Positions 38,296 to 48,965 are shown, counted from the stretch's first letter. The stretch: DNA of 64,000 nucleotides from an uncultured archaeon (GCA_964545795.1 CAZJGC010000002.1:1929-65928); one strand, 5' to 3'. Notes: generated by a model not told the origin, from the sequence alone. Made by a program: numbers and translations.

Positions 38296-38652
38296 TTATA
38301 ATTCGCATGTTGAGCAGTCTTTTGTTTCGCATGCTTTGTTTTTTATCTTCCATTTCAATGCCCATTTTTTAATGTCCTTTATTATGGTTATAATGCTTCT
38401 GCCGCTTTCTGTAAGACTGTATTCGCATCTTATTGGAACAGTTTCAGAATAAGTTCTTTTTTCTATCAGCCCAAGGTTTTTTAGTTCTGCAAGTCTTTGA
38501 GAAAGAATTTTAGGCGTTATATCAGGTATGCTTTTTTTAATTTCTGTATACCTTTTTGTTCCCTTCCCTTTGTACAGTTCAAGAAGTATTAGGAGGCTCC
38601 ATTTTTTGCTGATAATATCAACAGTTTTATATACAGTGCAATTTTTGTTCAT
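38296..38652 (-). CDS. HxlR-family HTH transcriptional regulator
   Basis: CTVYKTVDIISKKWSLLILLEL. Confidence 0.7.
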   Translation of the reverse strand: MNKNCTVYKTVDIISKKWSLLILLELYKGKGTKRYTEIKKSIPDITPKILSQRLAELKNLGLIEKRTYSETVPIRCEYSLTESGRSIITIIKDIKKWALKWKIKNKACETKDCSTCEL

Positions 38653-38729
38653 GCTATATATTTAGAAACTAATGCATATTTATTTGTATCTTTTCTATAT
38701 TAGGTATAAAAATAATTGCGGCGGTTTAA

Positions 38730-38924
38730 ATGCATAGGAAAGTTATTGCAATAAACAAAGATTTGTGCAATGGCTGCGGTCTGTGCGTTACAGGCTGTGC
38801 AGAAAAAGTTCTTAGAGTTATAAATGGCAAGGCAGAGGTTGTCAATGAAAACTATTGCGATGGTATCGGGCATTGCATTAATAAATGCCCTCGCGGCGCT
38901 ATAAAACTTGAAGATGCTTTATGA
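38730..38924 (+). CDS. 2x[4Fe-4S] ferredoxin
   Basis: [11 protein letters not shown]...[12 protein letters not shown]. Confidence 0.75.
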   Translation: MHRKVIAINKDLCNGCGLCVTGCAEKVLRVINGKAEVVNENYCDGIGHCINKCPRGAIKLEDAL

Positions 38925-38958
38925 GTTAATAAAAAGTTTTTGACGGGGTGGGTTTGCT

Positions 38959-40245
38959 ATGTTTTGTTATCAATGCGAGCAGACAATCAGCGGAGGTTGC
39001 AATAAAGCAGGGGTGTGCGGAAAGGATGAAGATATTGCAAGCATGCAGGATACTTTGGTTTTTGCCCTGAAAGGCATTGCTGCCTATTCTTATCATGCGC
39101 GCGAACTTGGTTATGTTGATGCTGAACTTGACGGCTTTATGCATAGAGCATTATTTTCTACATTGACTAATACCAATTTCAACCGAAATGAGTTTATGAA
39201 ACTTTTGCTTGAGGCAGGTTCTTATGCATTGCGCACAATGGAACTTCTTGACAAAGCGCATACTGAAACTTTTGGTGTTCCTGAACCAGTGACAGTTACT
39301 CAGGATAAGATTGAGGGCAGGTCAATTCTTGTTACAGGCCATGATTTGTATGCTCTGAAAATGCTGCTTGAGCAGACAAAAGATAAAGGCATTAATGTGT
39401 ACACGCATTCAGAGATGCTGCCCGCGCATGGATATCCAAATCTTAGAAAGTATAAACATCTTGCAGGCAATGTTGGCAAGTCATGGTGCGACCAGAGAAA
39501 ACTCTTTGAGGAATTCCCGGGAGCAATATTAGGGACTACAAACTGCGTTATGCCTGCTGGCAATTATAAGGATAGAATGTTTACTTATGGGGTTGCAGGG
39601 CTTGAAGGTGTGCAGAAAATAGAAAATAATGATTTTGCGCCTTTGATAGAGAAAGCATTATCGCTTCCTCCAGCGCGCATTGATTCCGATAAGACTCTTA
39701 CTACCGGGTATCATCATAATACTGTGCTTGCGCTTGCTCCTAAGATTCTTGATGCGGTTAAGTCTGGAAAGATAAAGAGATTCTTTGTTATAGCAGGTTG
39801 CGATGCCCCAGGAAGCACTGAATATTACAGGTCGCTTGCATTATCTTTGCCTGAAGATTGCATATTGCTTACTACTTCCTGCGGCAAGTTCAGGTTTAAT
39901 GACCATGATTTCGGAGAAATTGACGGCATTCCGCGATATCTTGATTTTGGGCAATGCAATAATTCTATATCGCTTGTTAAAGTAGCCAGCGGGCTTGCCG
40001 ATGCTCTTGGTTGCAGCGTAAATGATTTGCCGCTTACAATTGTGTTATCATGGTTTGAGCAGAAGGCTGTTGCAATTCTTCTTGGATTGTTTAGCCTTGG
40101 AGTAAGGAACATATACCTGGGGCCAAAAGCTCCTGAATTTTTATCAGAAAATATTGCCAAGGCGCTTGCGGATAATTTTGGTTTGAAACTGACAGGTGAT
40201 GTTGAAACTGATTTAAAGGGCATGCTTGGTAAAAACTACGCATAA
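38959..40245 (+). CDS. hcp: Hybrid cluster protein (short class)
   Basis: MFCYQCEQT N-terminal Cys motif and a prismane fold. Confidence 0.8.
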   Translation: MFCYQCEQTISGGCNKAGVCGKDEDIASMQDTLVFALKGIAAYSYHARELGYVDAELDGFMHRALFSTLTNTNFNRNEFMKLLLEAGSYALRTMELLDKAHTETFGVPEPVTVTQDKIEGRSILVTGHDLYALKMLLEQTKDKGINVYTHSEMLPAHGYPNLRKYKHLAGNVGKSWCDQRKLFEEFPGAILGTTNCVMPAGNYKDRMFTYGVAGLEGVQKIENNDFAPLIEKALSLPPARIDSDKTLTTGYHHNTVLALAPKILDAVKSGKIKRFFVIAGCDAPGSTEYYRSLALSLPEDCILLTTSCGKFRFNDHDFGEIDGIPRYLDFGQCNNSISLVKVASGLADALGCSVNDLPLTIVLSWFEQKAVAILLGLFSLGVRNIYLGPKAPEFLSENIAKALADNFGLKLTGDVETDLKGMLGKNYA

Positions 40246-40281
40246 AAACAGACTTATAAGTTTAACGGTATAATATATAAT

Positions 40282-40704
40282 ATGGACAATAAGTTAGAAG
40301 AATATGTTAAGTCTGGTTTTAAGTTTTTTAATGAGTATATTGTTTACAAGGAAGATAATGGAGAATATGATATTAAGTACATAGATCCAAGAAACAATGA
40401 GTTGCGTGAAGTTGTCATGTCACCAGGTTCTGATGGCTCGTATATGCCAAAACTTCCTAATTGCGAAATATGCGGAAATCCTTATGTATTTGTTGAGAAG
40501 CGCGAGATGACAGAAATATTAAAGGATAAAAGTTTGGCAGACTTTGCTGTTTTAAAAGTAAGGTGCGAATGCAAAGAAAACAGCGAAGATAATAAGGAGA
40601 GAGAAGGCAAATATGTTTATGCTGCGAAAATAATACCTTTGGAGATATATCAACTCATAGAATCAGACATTAACAAAAAAGAATTGTTGATTGAGAATTT
40701 CTAA
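40282..40704 (+). CDS. Hypothetical Zn-binding protein
   Basis: CEICGNPY...RCECK. Confidence 0.35.
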   Translation: MDNKLEEYVKSGFKFFNEYIVYKEDNGEYDIKYIDPRNNELREVVMSPGSDGSYMPKLPNCEICGNPYVFVEKREMTEILKDKSLADFAVLKVRCECKENSEDNKEREGKYVYAAKIIPLEIYQLIESDINKKELLIENF

Positions 40705-42548
40705 TTAATAAATTCTACCAGCCTTGCATTTTTTCTTATATAATCAGGCAAAAGCCGGAAGAATCTTTTATGGGCATAACGTTCATCTCCAAGAACAAAG
40801 ACAGCTTTATCGTTTTTTGAGCGCAATGCTCTGCCAAGCGTCTGGGAAACCCTGCGGAAAGCAGGCACAATATATGCATAATGCTGCCCCTTTTCGTTTC
40901 CATAAATTTTTTTATAATAGTCTATAAAGGCTTTTGTCTTAACTGAAATTTTATCAAATGGTATGCCTACCAGAAATATTCCCTCAAGTTCGCTGCCCGG
41001 AAAGTCGGCGCCTTCTGCAAACCTGCCTGTTGCTGTTGCCACCAATACTCCATTGGCAGAACGTTTAAACCCTTCAAGAATTTTCTTGGCAGTTTCGCCG
41101 CCTGAGTTTTGCGTTTCAAGAAACAACTTCTTATTATGCTCTTCTATTGCTTCTTTCAAACCGTTTTGCATAAGCTCATTTTGTATTCTGTAACTTGCAG
41201 AGAAAACTGCCAGGTTTTTGTCCTGCGATAGGAATGATTTTATGGCTGAAACATACTTGGCAGCCATTCTTGAGTCAAAAAATTTCCATGCTGTTGTCAG
41301 ACCCCTTGTTATAAGGGTTTGCGCATTTTCTTCTGTATATGGCGATGGTATAGTTTTTTTTGAGTAATTATCAATGCCCACAACCTCGCAAAAACCTTCT
41401 ATAGGTTCAAGAGTTCCGGAACAGAAAATGCATGAATCAAACATATTCCATTTATCGCGCATAATCTGCGCGCATCTCATATCAAATTTTTCAAGCGTCA
41501 GATTTTTGTTGTTTTTTGTTGCAATCAATATAACGCCATCTTCGTCAGAATCCTGCAACACAGACAAAATAAAGTCAGCAAGATGATATAAGCTTGAACG
41601 GGGAGCTTTGCCTTCTTTCATTTGCCTTTCTTTTATTATATCCCCAAAATCTTTCATTGTTTTCAATAAACTTTCAATGTCATTTATTCCTGAAGAAATA
41701 TATTTAATAAATTCATGCATGTTTACAATATCTTCTTCGCTGTTCATATTATCTTTCTTTCCGGATAAAAACTCAAATGTATTTTTGACAAGTTTTTTAA
41801 TTTCATGATATTCAGGTTCTTTTTTAAATGCATCCATTTCTTTCACTACCCTCTCCAGAGCATGAAAATAAATTTTTGACGAATTTATGTTTGAGGCAGC
41901 CTGTTGAATATTATGAGCCTCATCAACAACCAGAATTGAGTTAGAAAAGTCAATTTTTGATGAAATGCCCTCTCCTATTGTGTCGCTTATAATATAGTTA
42001 TAGTTCATTGAAACTACTTTTGCATGTTTTAACATTTCCTTCTGGAGCATATACGGGCATATGTTTTTGTTTTCGCAGAATTCAAGAATCTCTGAAAATA
42101 ACAGCGGTCTGGACAAAAAGTAGGAAAGGTTGCTTTTGTCTATAGCTTTAAAGTTTCTGAGATATTTGCAGTCTTTATAATTGTGCCTGCATAAAAATGA
42201 TACATCAGAATAGTCAAACCCTGTTTCATATCTGAAATCCTTTAGGAGCAGGCACATGTCCTTTTTGCCTCTGTATGAAAAACCGAAAATGCTGTTTTTT
42301 GTTTTGTCATTTATTTCTTTTAATTCTTCAATTGGTCTGTCTGTTTCATTTCCTGTTTTTACAATCCAAATTATTTTTTTGTTATTTTTGATTGCGGTAG
42401 GAAGCAGCGTTGATAGAATTGAAGTTGTTTTTCCAAAGCCGGATGCCGCCTGTATGCATATATGCCTATGAGGGCTTTTCTGTATAAATGCCATTAATTC
42501 TTTCTGGTTTTTTCTGAACTCATAAGGAAAGTAGGAGAAGTCAGGCAT
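40701..42548 (-). CDS. XPD/Rad3/DinG-family helicase
   Basis: Walker A QAASGFGKTT and VVDEAHNI, a DEAH box. Confidence 0.7.
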   Translation of the reverse strand: MPDFSYFPYEFRKNQKELMAFIQKSPHRHICIQAASGFGKTTSILSTLLPTAIKNNKKIIWIVKTGNETDRPIEELKEINDKTKNSIFGFSYRGKKDMCLLLKDFRYETGFDYSDVSFLCRHNYKDCKYLRNFKAIDKSNLSYFLSRPLLFSEILEFCENKNICPYMLQKEMLKHAKVVSMNYNYIISDTIGEGISSKIDFSNSILVVDEAHNIQQAASNINSSKIYFHALERVVKEMDAFKKEPEYHEIKKLVKNTFEFLSGKKDNMNSEEDIVNMHEFIKYISSGINDIESLLKTMKDFGDIIKERQMKEGKAPRSSLYHLADFILSVLQDSDEDGVILIATKNNKNLTLEKFDMRCAQIMRDKWNMFDSCIFCSGTLEPIEGFCEVVGIDNYSKKTIPSPYTEENAQTLITRGLTTAWKFFDSRMAAKYVSAIKSFLSQDKNLAVFSASYRIQNELMQNGLKEAIEEHNKKLFLETQNSGGETAKKILEGFKRSANGVLVATATGRFAEGADFPGSELEGIFLVGIPFDKISVKTKAFIDYYKKIYGNEKGQHYAYIVPAFRRVSQTLGRALRSKNDKAVFVLGDERYAHKRFFRLLPDYIRKNARLVEFIN

Positions 42549-42652
42549 ATTAAGAGAATTGTATGCAATTTTTAATAAGTTTTGTTGTGATTGGAATAAT
42601 ATTCTAAAAAACAGATATATTAATATAATTGATTGAATAACAGTTAATTGTT

Positions 42653-43804
42653 GTGATATTTATGGCAAATCCTGATTTCAAGGTAACACCATGGGATGTT
42701 GAAGGCAAAGTTGATTATAATAAATTGATAAAAGAGTTTGGAACAAAATTGATAGGTGCAGAACTCAAAGAGAAAATAAAAAGCCTTGTTGGAGAATTGC
42801 ATGTTTTTTTAAGAAGAAATTTTTATTTTTCGCACAGGGACCTGGATTTAATACTAAAGGATTATGAAAATGGTAAGGGGTTCTATCTTTATAATGGCAT
42901 TGCCACGGGAGGGAAAACTCATATAGGGCATCTGATTCCTTTCATTTTTGCAAAATGGATTCAAAAAAAATTCAATATAAACTATTATATTCAAATACCA
43001 GATGAGGAGAAATTCCTGTATAAACAAAAACTTGACTGGAATGTCGTCCAAAAAAACGCAAAAGAAAACGAACTTCATCTCGCTGCTTTGGGTTTTGATA
43101 CGGACAAAACATTCATGTTCAGAAACAGCGAATACGTAAAAAATATATACCCTATATTAATGAAAACCGCCAAAAAGATAAATTTCTCAACAGTCAGGGC
43201 GGTTTTTGGCTTTAACGAACAGTCAAATATAGGCATGCTTTTCTATCCTGCACTGCAAATTATACCGACATTTTTTGAAAGGAAAAGATGCCTAATACCA
43301 TGCGGCATAGATCAGGACAATTACTGGAGGCCCCAGAGGGATATTGCTGAAAAATTGGGATTTTACAAAACCGCTGCAATACACAACAAATTTTTGCCTC
43401 CTCTTACAGGAGTAAGCGGAAAGATGAGCGCAAGCAAGCCAGAAACTGCAATTTATCTTTCAGATGATGAAGAAACTGTAAGAAGTAAAATAGTGAAATA
43501 TGCTTTTTCTGGAGGGCAGGCAACAATAGAAGAGCATAGAAAGAAAGGAGGGAATCCTGATATTGATGTGGCTTTCCAGTGGCTGTATATATTTTTTGAA
43601 GAAGATGACAAAAAAATTGAGCAAATAAGAGAAGATTATAAATCCGGGATTTTATTGACTGGCGAACTTAAGCAGATATTAATTGACAAAATAAATGCCT
43701 TCCTTAAAGAGCACAATAAAAGAAAAGAGAAGTCTGAGAAGATTCTGGAAAAGTTAAAATATTCTGGCAAACTCGCAAGGCAGATGTGGGAGAAAACTAT
43801 TTAA
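42653..43804 (+). CDS. trpS: Tryptophanyl-tRNA synthetase
   Basis: GIATGGKTHIGH HIGH-like motif and KMSASK KMSKS motif. Confidence 0.85.
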   Translation: MIFMANPDFKVTPWDVEGKVDYNKLIKEFGTKLIGAELKEKIKSLVGELHVFLRRNFYFSHRDLDLILKDYENGKGFYLYNGIATGGKTHIGHLIPFIFAKWIQKKFNINYYIQIPDEEKFLYKQKLDWNVVQKNAKENELHLAALGFDTDKTFMFRNSEYVKNIYPILMKTAKKINFSTVRAVFGFNEQSNIGMLFYPALQIIPTFFERKRCLIPCGIDQDNYWRPQRDIAEKLGFYKTAAIHNKFLPPLTGVSGKMSASKPETAIYLSDDEETVRSKIVKYAFSGGQATIEEHRKKGGNPDIDVAFQWLYIFFEEDDKKIEQIREDYKSGILLTGELKQILIDKINAFLKEHNKRKEKSEKILEKLKYSGKLARQMWEKTI

Positions 43805-44120
43805 ATATAACCATTCATATTAAAGGAAGTGAGTGTGATGCCGAACCAATTTATAAGATTTTGACTGTTCAGCATAATCTTGCTAGTTCTGTTTCTGAAT
43901 GTTTATTTTTGTTAATGAGGTGATAAAATGTATAATTTAGATAAAGGTGTATATAACAAGGACAACGAACTATGTGGATATAGAGATAATAAAGAAAGGG
44001 ACGAGTATAACAGAGCAGTAGAGAGAAGGCATTACAGCTTTGCAAACATGAGGTAAATAGAGTTGCAGTGAAAAATATTAAAAGTGAAAGAATATTAAGT
44101 AATGAATATAGTGATAAAAT

Positions 44121-45365
44121 ATGTATAGACTGACAAGAGAGGGAGAAGAATATAGAAAGAATGGTTTGCCTGAAATACAGTTGCTTCATGAGATAAAAAA
44201 AGGTCTGCACATAGGCAGAGCAAAGAAAAGGCTTGATGAATTAAAGGATAAAAAATATTTTGCGATAGGTTTTGGGTGGGCAAAAAAGAACGGATGGATT
44301 GAAGTCAAAGACGGCGAAGTGCAAATTACAGAGCAGGGGGAACATGCTTTAAAGGAGAAAGATAAAATCACAAGCGCAATAGAAAATATTGAAACTGCTG
44401 ATATCGAGGCAATAAAGATATTAATCAGCAGGAAACTTATAGAGGAGGTCAAGGAGAAAACTGTTGAGAAAGTCAAGGAAACAACAAATGAGATTGCGCA
44501 GTTAACGCCTGAAATAATAAAAACAGGTTTATGGAAATTTAAGCAGTTTAGAAAGTATAATGCAGTTGCGCCTGCACCGCAGATTTATCCTGGAAAAAAG
44601 CAGCCTTATGTCAGATTTCTGAATGATATAAGAGAGAGATTGGCATCTTTGGGTTTTGTTGAAGTAAATTCTCCTTTGGTTGAGCTTGAATTCTGGAACT
44701 TTGATGCTTTGTTTCAGGCGCAAGACCATCCTGCAAGAGAAGTTCATGATGTTTTTAATGTTAAAGGCATGAACGGTTCCTTTAAGGGCAGAGTTGTTGA
44801 TTCTGTCAAAAAAATGCATGAAGACAGCTGGGGATACAAGTGGAGTTTTGAAAAGGCAATGAATCTTGTGTTAAGAAGCCAGACAACAACATCATCAGCA
44901 AGGTATTTGTCTGAAAATCATGAATCGCCTTTAAAAATGTTTTGCATAGGAAGGATTTTTAGGCCTGATGTTCTTGATAAGACTCATCTTATAGAGTTTG
45001 ACCAATGCGAAGGCATAATAATGGATAAGAATTTGAATTTCAGGCATTTGCTTGGAATTTTAAAGGAGTTTGGAGAGAACATAATAGGGGTTGAAAAACT
45101 GAAGTTTGTTCCAAGTTATTATCCTTTCACTGAACCTTCTGTTGATATGTATGTTTATTTCCCGAAATTAAAGAAATGGGTTGAAGTTCTTGGGGCAGGA
45201 ATGTTCAGACCTGAAATACTTTCAAGTTTTGGAATAAATGAGCCTGTGCTTGCATGGGGCATAGGAATATCAAGGCTTGCCATGCTGAAATTGGGGATAG
45301 ATGATATAAGATATTTGTTTGCAGATGATTTGAATTGGTTGAGAAATAAGAGTTTGGTGAGTTAA
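44121..45365 (+). CDS. pheS: Phenylalanyl-tRNA synthetase alpha subunit
   Basis: Class II motifs FRPDVLDKTHLIEFDQCEG and GAGMFRPE. Confidence 0.85.
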   Translation: MYRLTREGEEYRKNGLPEIQLLHEIKKGLHIGRAKKRLDELKDKKYFAIGFGWAKKNGWIEVKDGEVQITEQGEHALKEKDKITSAIENIETADIEAIKILISRKLIEEVKEKTVEKVKETTNEIAQLTPEIIKTGLWKFKQFRKYNAVAPAPQIYPGKKQPYVRFLNDIRERLASLGFVEVNSPLVELEFWNFDALFQAQDHPAREVHDVFNVKGMNGSFKGRVVDSVKKMHEDSWGYKWSFEKAMNLVLRSQTTTSSARYLSENHESPLKMFCIGRIFRPDVLDKTHLIEFDQCEGIIMDKNLNFRHLLGILKEFGENIIGVEKLKFVPSYYPFTEPSVDMYVYFPKLKKWVEVLGAGMFRPEILSSFGINEPVLAWGIGISRLAMLKLGIDDIRYLFADDLNWLRNKSLVS

Positions 45366-46978
45366 TGCCTGTTATTAATGTTAGTAAAGGTGATTTGCTA
45401 AATTTAGTGAAAATAAATGAAACTGAACTTGAGGAAGTATTGGAAATGGCAAAGGCTCCTGTTGATGAAAAAAATGGAGATGAATGGAAAATTGAAATAA
45501 CTGCTGACAGGCCTGATATGTTTTCAGTTGAAGGAATTGCGCGGGCTATTAAAGGTTATCTTGGTTTGGAAACAGGCTTGGCGAACTATCCTGTAAGGAA
45601 ATCCGATATTAAATTGATTGCAAAAAGAGTTGACTCAAGACCATTTATAGCATGCGCTGCAATAGAAAATGTTAAACTTTCAGATGAACTTGTAAAAAGT
45701 CTTATGCAGATGCAGGAAAAACTGCACACAACAATAGGAAGAAACAGGAAAAAGGTTGCAGTTGGTGTTCATGACCTTGACAAAATAGAGCCGCCTTTTA
45801 CTTACAAGCAGGTCAGTCCAGAAGAAGTTAGTTTTGTGCCTCTTGATATGAAGGAAGAAATGAATCTAAAGCAAATTCTTGAGAAGCACCCAAAAGGCAG
45901 GAGTTATGCCTTCTGTCTTGAGAATTATGAGAAATATCCTGTAATAGTTGATAAGAATAATAATGTGTTAAGTTTTCCTCCAATTATAAACGGTGAACTA
46001 ACAAGAGTTACAGAAAAAACGAAAAATCTGTTGATAGAGGTAACAGGCACTGATGAAAGAACAGTTGAAAAAACGCTTAATATTCTTGCCTGCAACATAG
46101 CAGAAAGGTCTGGAGAAATTGTTTCAGTTATGGTTGATAAAAAAACATATCCTGATTTGTCTCCAGCGCAGAGGAGTTTGACTGTGAAGGAAGTTGACTC
46201 TTTGCTGGGTCTTGATATTGACCATAATCAGATTGCAAGAATTCTGGAAAGAATGAGATACGGAGTAATGAAATTGAAAGGCAAACTTGATATTCTTATA
46301 CCTGCTTATAGGAATGATATACTTCATAATGTTGATTTAATAGAGGATGTTGCAATAGGTTATGGATATAATAATATTGTGCCTATTCTGCCAAGAGTTG
46401 CGACAATCGGCGAAATTCATCCGTCTGAGAAACTTGCAGACATAACAAGAGATATTATGACAGGCATGGGTTTTCAGGAAGTTCTTACATATATTCTGAC
46501 AAGCAAGGAAAATCAATTTGAGAAAAACTGCATAGAGCATGAGAAAATCGTGGAAATAGAAAATCCTGTCAGCAATGAAATGAATGTGTGCAGGAAATGG
46601 CTTATTCCAAACCTTCTGAAGTTCCTTTCTTCAAATTTGCATGTTGAGTATCCGCAGAAAATATTTGAAGTCGGGGATTGCATTATTTTTGGAGAAAGCG
46701 AAACAGGAACAGTAACCGTAAAGAAGCTTGCAGGAGCTGTTTCTCATGACAGCGCAAATCTTACAGAAATAAAATCTGTTCTTGAATCTGTTTTGCATAA
46801 TCTGAATTATAATTACTCATTAAAACCATTTGAGCATAAGAGTTTTATAGAAAGCAGATGCGGAGAAGTTATTGTTGATGGAAAACATATTGGATTTTTT
46901 GGAGAAATACATCCTCAAGTGCTTGAAAACTGGAAACTTGAAAGGCCTGTAATAGCATTTGAGATATATTTGAAGTGA
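45365..46978 (+). CDS. pheT: Phenylalanyl-tRNA synthetase beta subunit (archaeal)
   Basis: B3/B4 and B5 domains. The start overlaps the pheS stop. Confidence 0.85.
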   Translation: MPVINVSKGDLLNLVKINETELEEVLEMAKAPVDEKNGDEWKIEITADRPDMFSVEGIARAIKGYLGLETGLANYPVRKSDIKLIAKRVDSRPFIACAAIENVKLSDELVKSLMQMQEKLHTTIGRNRKKVAVGVHDLDKIEPPFTYKQVSPEEVSFVPLDMKEEMNLKQILEKHPKGRSYAFCLENYEKYPVIVDKNNNVLSFPPIINGELTRVTEKTKNLLIEVTGTDERTVEKTLNILACNIAERSGEIVSVMVDKKTYPDLSPAQRSLTVKEVDSLLGLDIDHNQIARILERMRYGVMKLKGKLDILIPAYRNDILHNVDLIEDVAIGYGYNNIVPILPRVATIGEIHPSEKLADITRDIMTGMGFQEVLTYILTSKENQFEKNCIEHEKIVEIENPVSNEMNVCRKWLIPNLLKFLSSNLHVEYPQKIFEVGDCIIFGESETGTVTVKKLAGAVSHDSANLTEIKSVLESVLHNLNYNYSLKPFEHKSFIESRCGEVIVDGKHIGFFGEIHPQVLENWKLERPVIAFEIYLK

Positions 46979-46981
46979 AAA

Positions 46982-47743
46982 TTATTTCATCCATCCAAGA
47001 ATTGTTTCAATCCATGATTTTTTCTGTTCTGTGTATTCTACTCCTTCAATGTAGTGCGCAACTCTCTTGAATTCTTTGGATGCTCTGGATTTTGGATAAT
47101 AATGAACCACAGGCATTTTCATTGCTATTGATTCCTTAACTTTTTTGTCTTCTGGCACAACTCCTATAATTGGAACTTCAAGTATGGATTGTATTTCATC
47201 TATAGAGAGTTCGTGTTTATGCCCCTTTATCTTATTAACAACAGCGCCTATTATTCTGTTTCCTTCATTTTCTGCTATTTTTATTGTTTTTAGCGCGTCT
47301 GTTACTGCCGGAAGTTCAGGGTTTGTTACAACAATTATTTCGTCTGAAGACCTTATGGATGCATGCGCTTCCCTGCCAAGCCCTGCGGCAGAATCTATTA
47401 GAACAATACCATTCTTTCCCGACAGTGTTCTAATAACATTTTGCAGTTTTTTTGGTTTTAGTCCTTTTAGCGCGTCAACTGAAAGCGAGGCAGGTATAAC
47501 TTTGATGCCTGAGGGATGTATGTATATTGCTTCTGTCAAATATGCATTTCCTTTGAGGACATCATGCAAAGTTATTGGATATAAAGGAATCCCAAGATGC
47601 AAAGAAAGATTTGGAGTTGTAAGATTTCCATCAATTATTGTGACATCTCTCCCCATTTCAACAAGAGATGCGCCAAGATTTACAGCAGTTGTTGTCTTTC
47701 CAACGCCGCCTTTTCCTGATATTATAGAAATAACTCTTGCCAT
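46982..47743 (-). CDS. MinD/ParA-family ATPase
   Basis: IISGKGGVGKTTTAVNLGASL, a deviant Walker A. Confidence 0.75.
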   Translation of the reverse strand: MARVISIISGKGGVGKTTTAVNLGASLVEMGRDVTIIDGNLTTPNLSLHLGIPLYPITLHDVLKGNAYLTEAIYIHPSGIKVIPASLSVDALKGLKPKKLQNVIRTLSGKNGIVLIDSAAGLGREAHASIRSSDEIIVVTNPELPAVTDALKTIKIAENEGNRIIGAVVNKIKGHKHELSIDEIQSILEVPIIGVVPEDKKVKESIAMKMPVVHYYPKSRASKEFKRVAHYIEGVEYTEQKKSWIETILGWMK

Positions 47744-47974
47744 AATATTTATTAAAAAAGAAAGTATAAAAAGGTTGTTAGTTGCAGCAGGATTTTTGCT
47801 GCTGAAGCCTCTTGAATCTGCCGCTATGATTTGCGGAGAAGATTTAATTTTCTCTGTATGTGATTATGAAAAATATTTTGTCGGCTTCATTTCAAGCATG
47901 GCTTATGCATTATTAAATTATGTGCAGGTTTAAAGAAAATCTGTTTTGGTGGGCCCAACGGGACTCTCAAAAGG

Positions 47975-48085
47975 GTTGATAAGGGGTTGCATGTTTTGGA
48001 CAGCCCCGCTTTTCATGTTCTTCAAAAGGGTTGATAAGGGATTTCAAGATCTACACCTTCCCTTATTTTGAACCCGCGACATCTC
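47975..48085. repeat. Intergenic hairpin repeat, copy B (related to 702-810)
   Basis: gttgataaggggttgcatgttttgGacagccccgcttttcatgTtcttcaaaagggttgataaggg...cttattttgaac differs from copy A by 2 mismatches in the first unit and a truncated second unit. Confidence 0.65.
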
Positions 48086-48298
48086 GGTTTCTTCCTGTCA
48101 TTAATCCTTGCAGGATTTCAACATGCTTTTATCAACAGATAAAAGCCGAGCACTCTATTGTCCGAATTTTTCTTTTGCTGAAGATTTTTCTTTTTAAAGA
48201 AAACTTCTCCAGACTGAGTTATGGGCCCTTTCCAAAAATAATTACTTATTAAAACTTTTAAAGTTAATTGCGAAACAAAAGAAGTGAAGGTTAACATA

Positions 48299-48661
48299 TC
48301 ACTTAATAAGTTTTGCGTTAACAACTCCATGCTGTCCTGGCCTTGACGTTACTTTTGCCATGCCATCTTCTGTTTCAATTATTGCGCCTTTTGTTATTAC
48401 ATTCATTCGCACAAAGTGCGGGTTTGCGCTGTTTTCTTTAACGCTCAAAATTTTAGATACTTTGCCGTTTGAGAGAACTGCTTTGTCGCATTTAAGTAGT
48501 CTTACTTTTATATTGCAACCTCTTGCATCAACAATCTTTCTTTTTGTTTCAGCAACTTTAACAGGAAAGAAATCTCTGGCTAACTCATGCAAATGTTTCT
48601 TTGAATTTCTCTTGTACAGCCCGCCAGTCGGTTTTCTCTTGCTTCTGCTTTGAGTTTTCAT
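48299..48661 (-). CDS. rps8e: Ribosomal protein S8e
   Basis: MKTQSRSKRKPTGGLYKRNSKKH matches the S8e N-terminus. Confidence 0.85.
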   Translation of the reverse strand: MKTQSRSKRKPTGGLYKRNSKKHLHELARDFFPVKVAETKRKIVDARGCNIKVRLLKCDKAVLSNGKVSKILSVKENSANPHFVRMNVITKGAIIETEDGMAKVTSRPGQHGVVNAKLIK

Positions 48662-48925
48662 AACAGAAATTAATAACTATAAGTATATAAACTTAACACT
48701 TGCGCGTGTTCTGTTAATTTATGCTGGTTATAACGATTTTCAGATAAAAATGAAGCCAGTATTTTGGGATTTTTTGCGGGAAAATCCCAGATAATCGCTG
48801 TTAGTTTCTCCGAACGAATGTGAGGATTGAGTTTTAGTGCAACGTCCTTTCCGAAGGAAAGGCTGGTAAGAGTAAAAAATGGGTCGCAGCCGAAAATATA
48901 TACTCAAGTATATAAATTAAGTTTT

Positions 48926-48965
48926 GGAGATTTTTCGTCGTTTTATTTCTTTGAGAGAGGGTGTC
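48926..48965. repeat. Left terminal inverted repeat of the cassette
   Basis: See the mobile_element entry. Confidence 0.55.

Noticed and set aside
43927-44058. 43-aa ORF in the trpS-pheS spacer
   Set aside because: It is purine-rich and low-complexity, with no motif. It is probably non-coding leader or spacer sequence.
48662-48925. SRP (7S) RNA or RNase P RNA
   Set aside because: There is a GGAA-like loop and a GCAGCC fragment, but I could not assemble the conserved helix-8 architecture by eye. It is kept only as an unspecified structured region.
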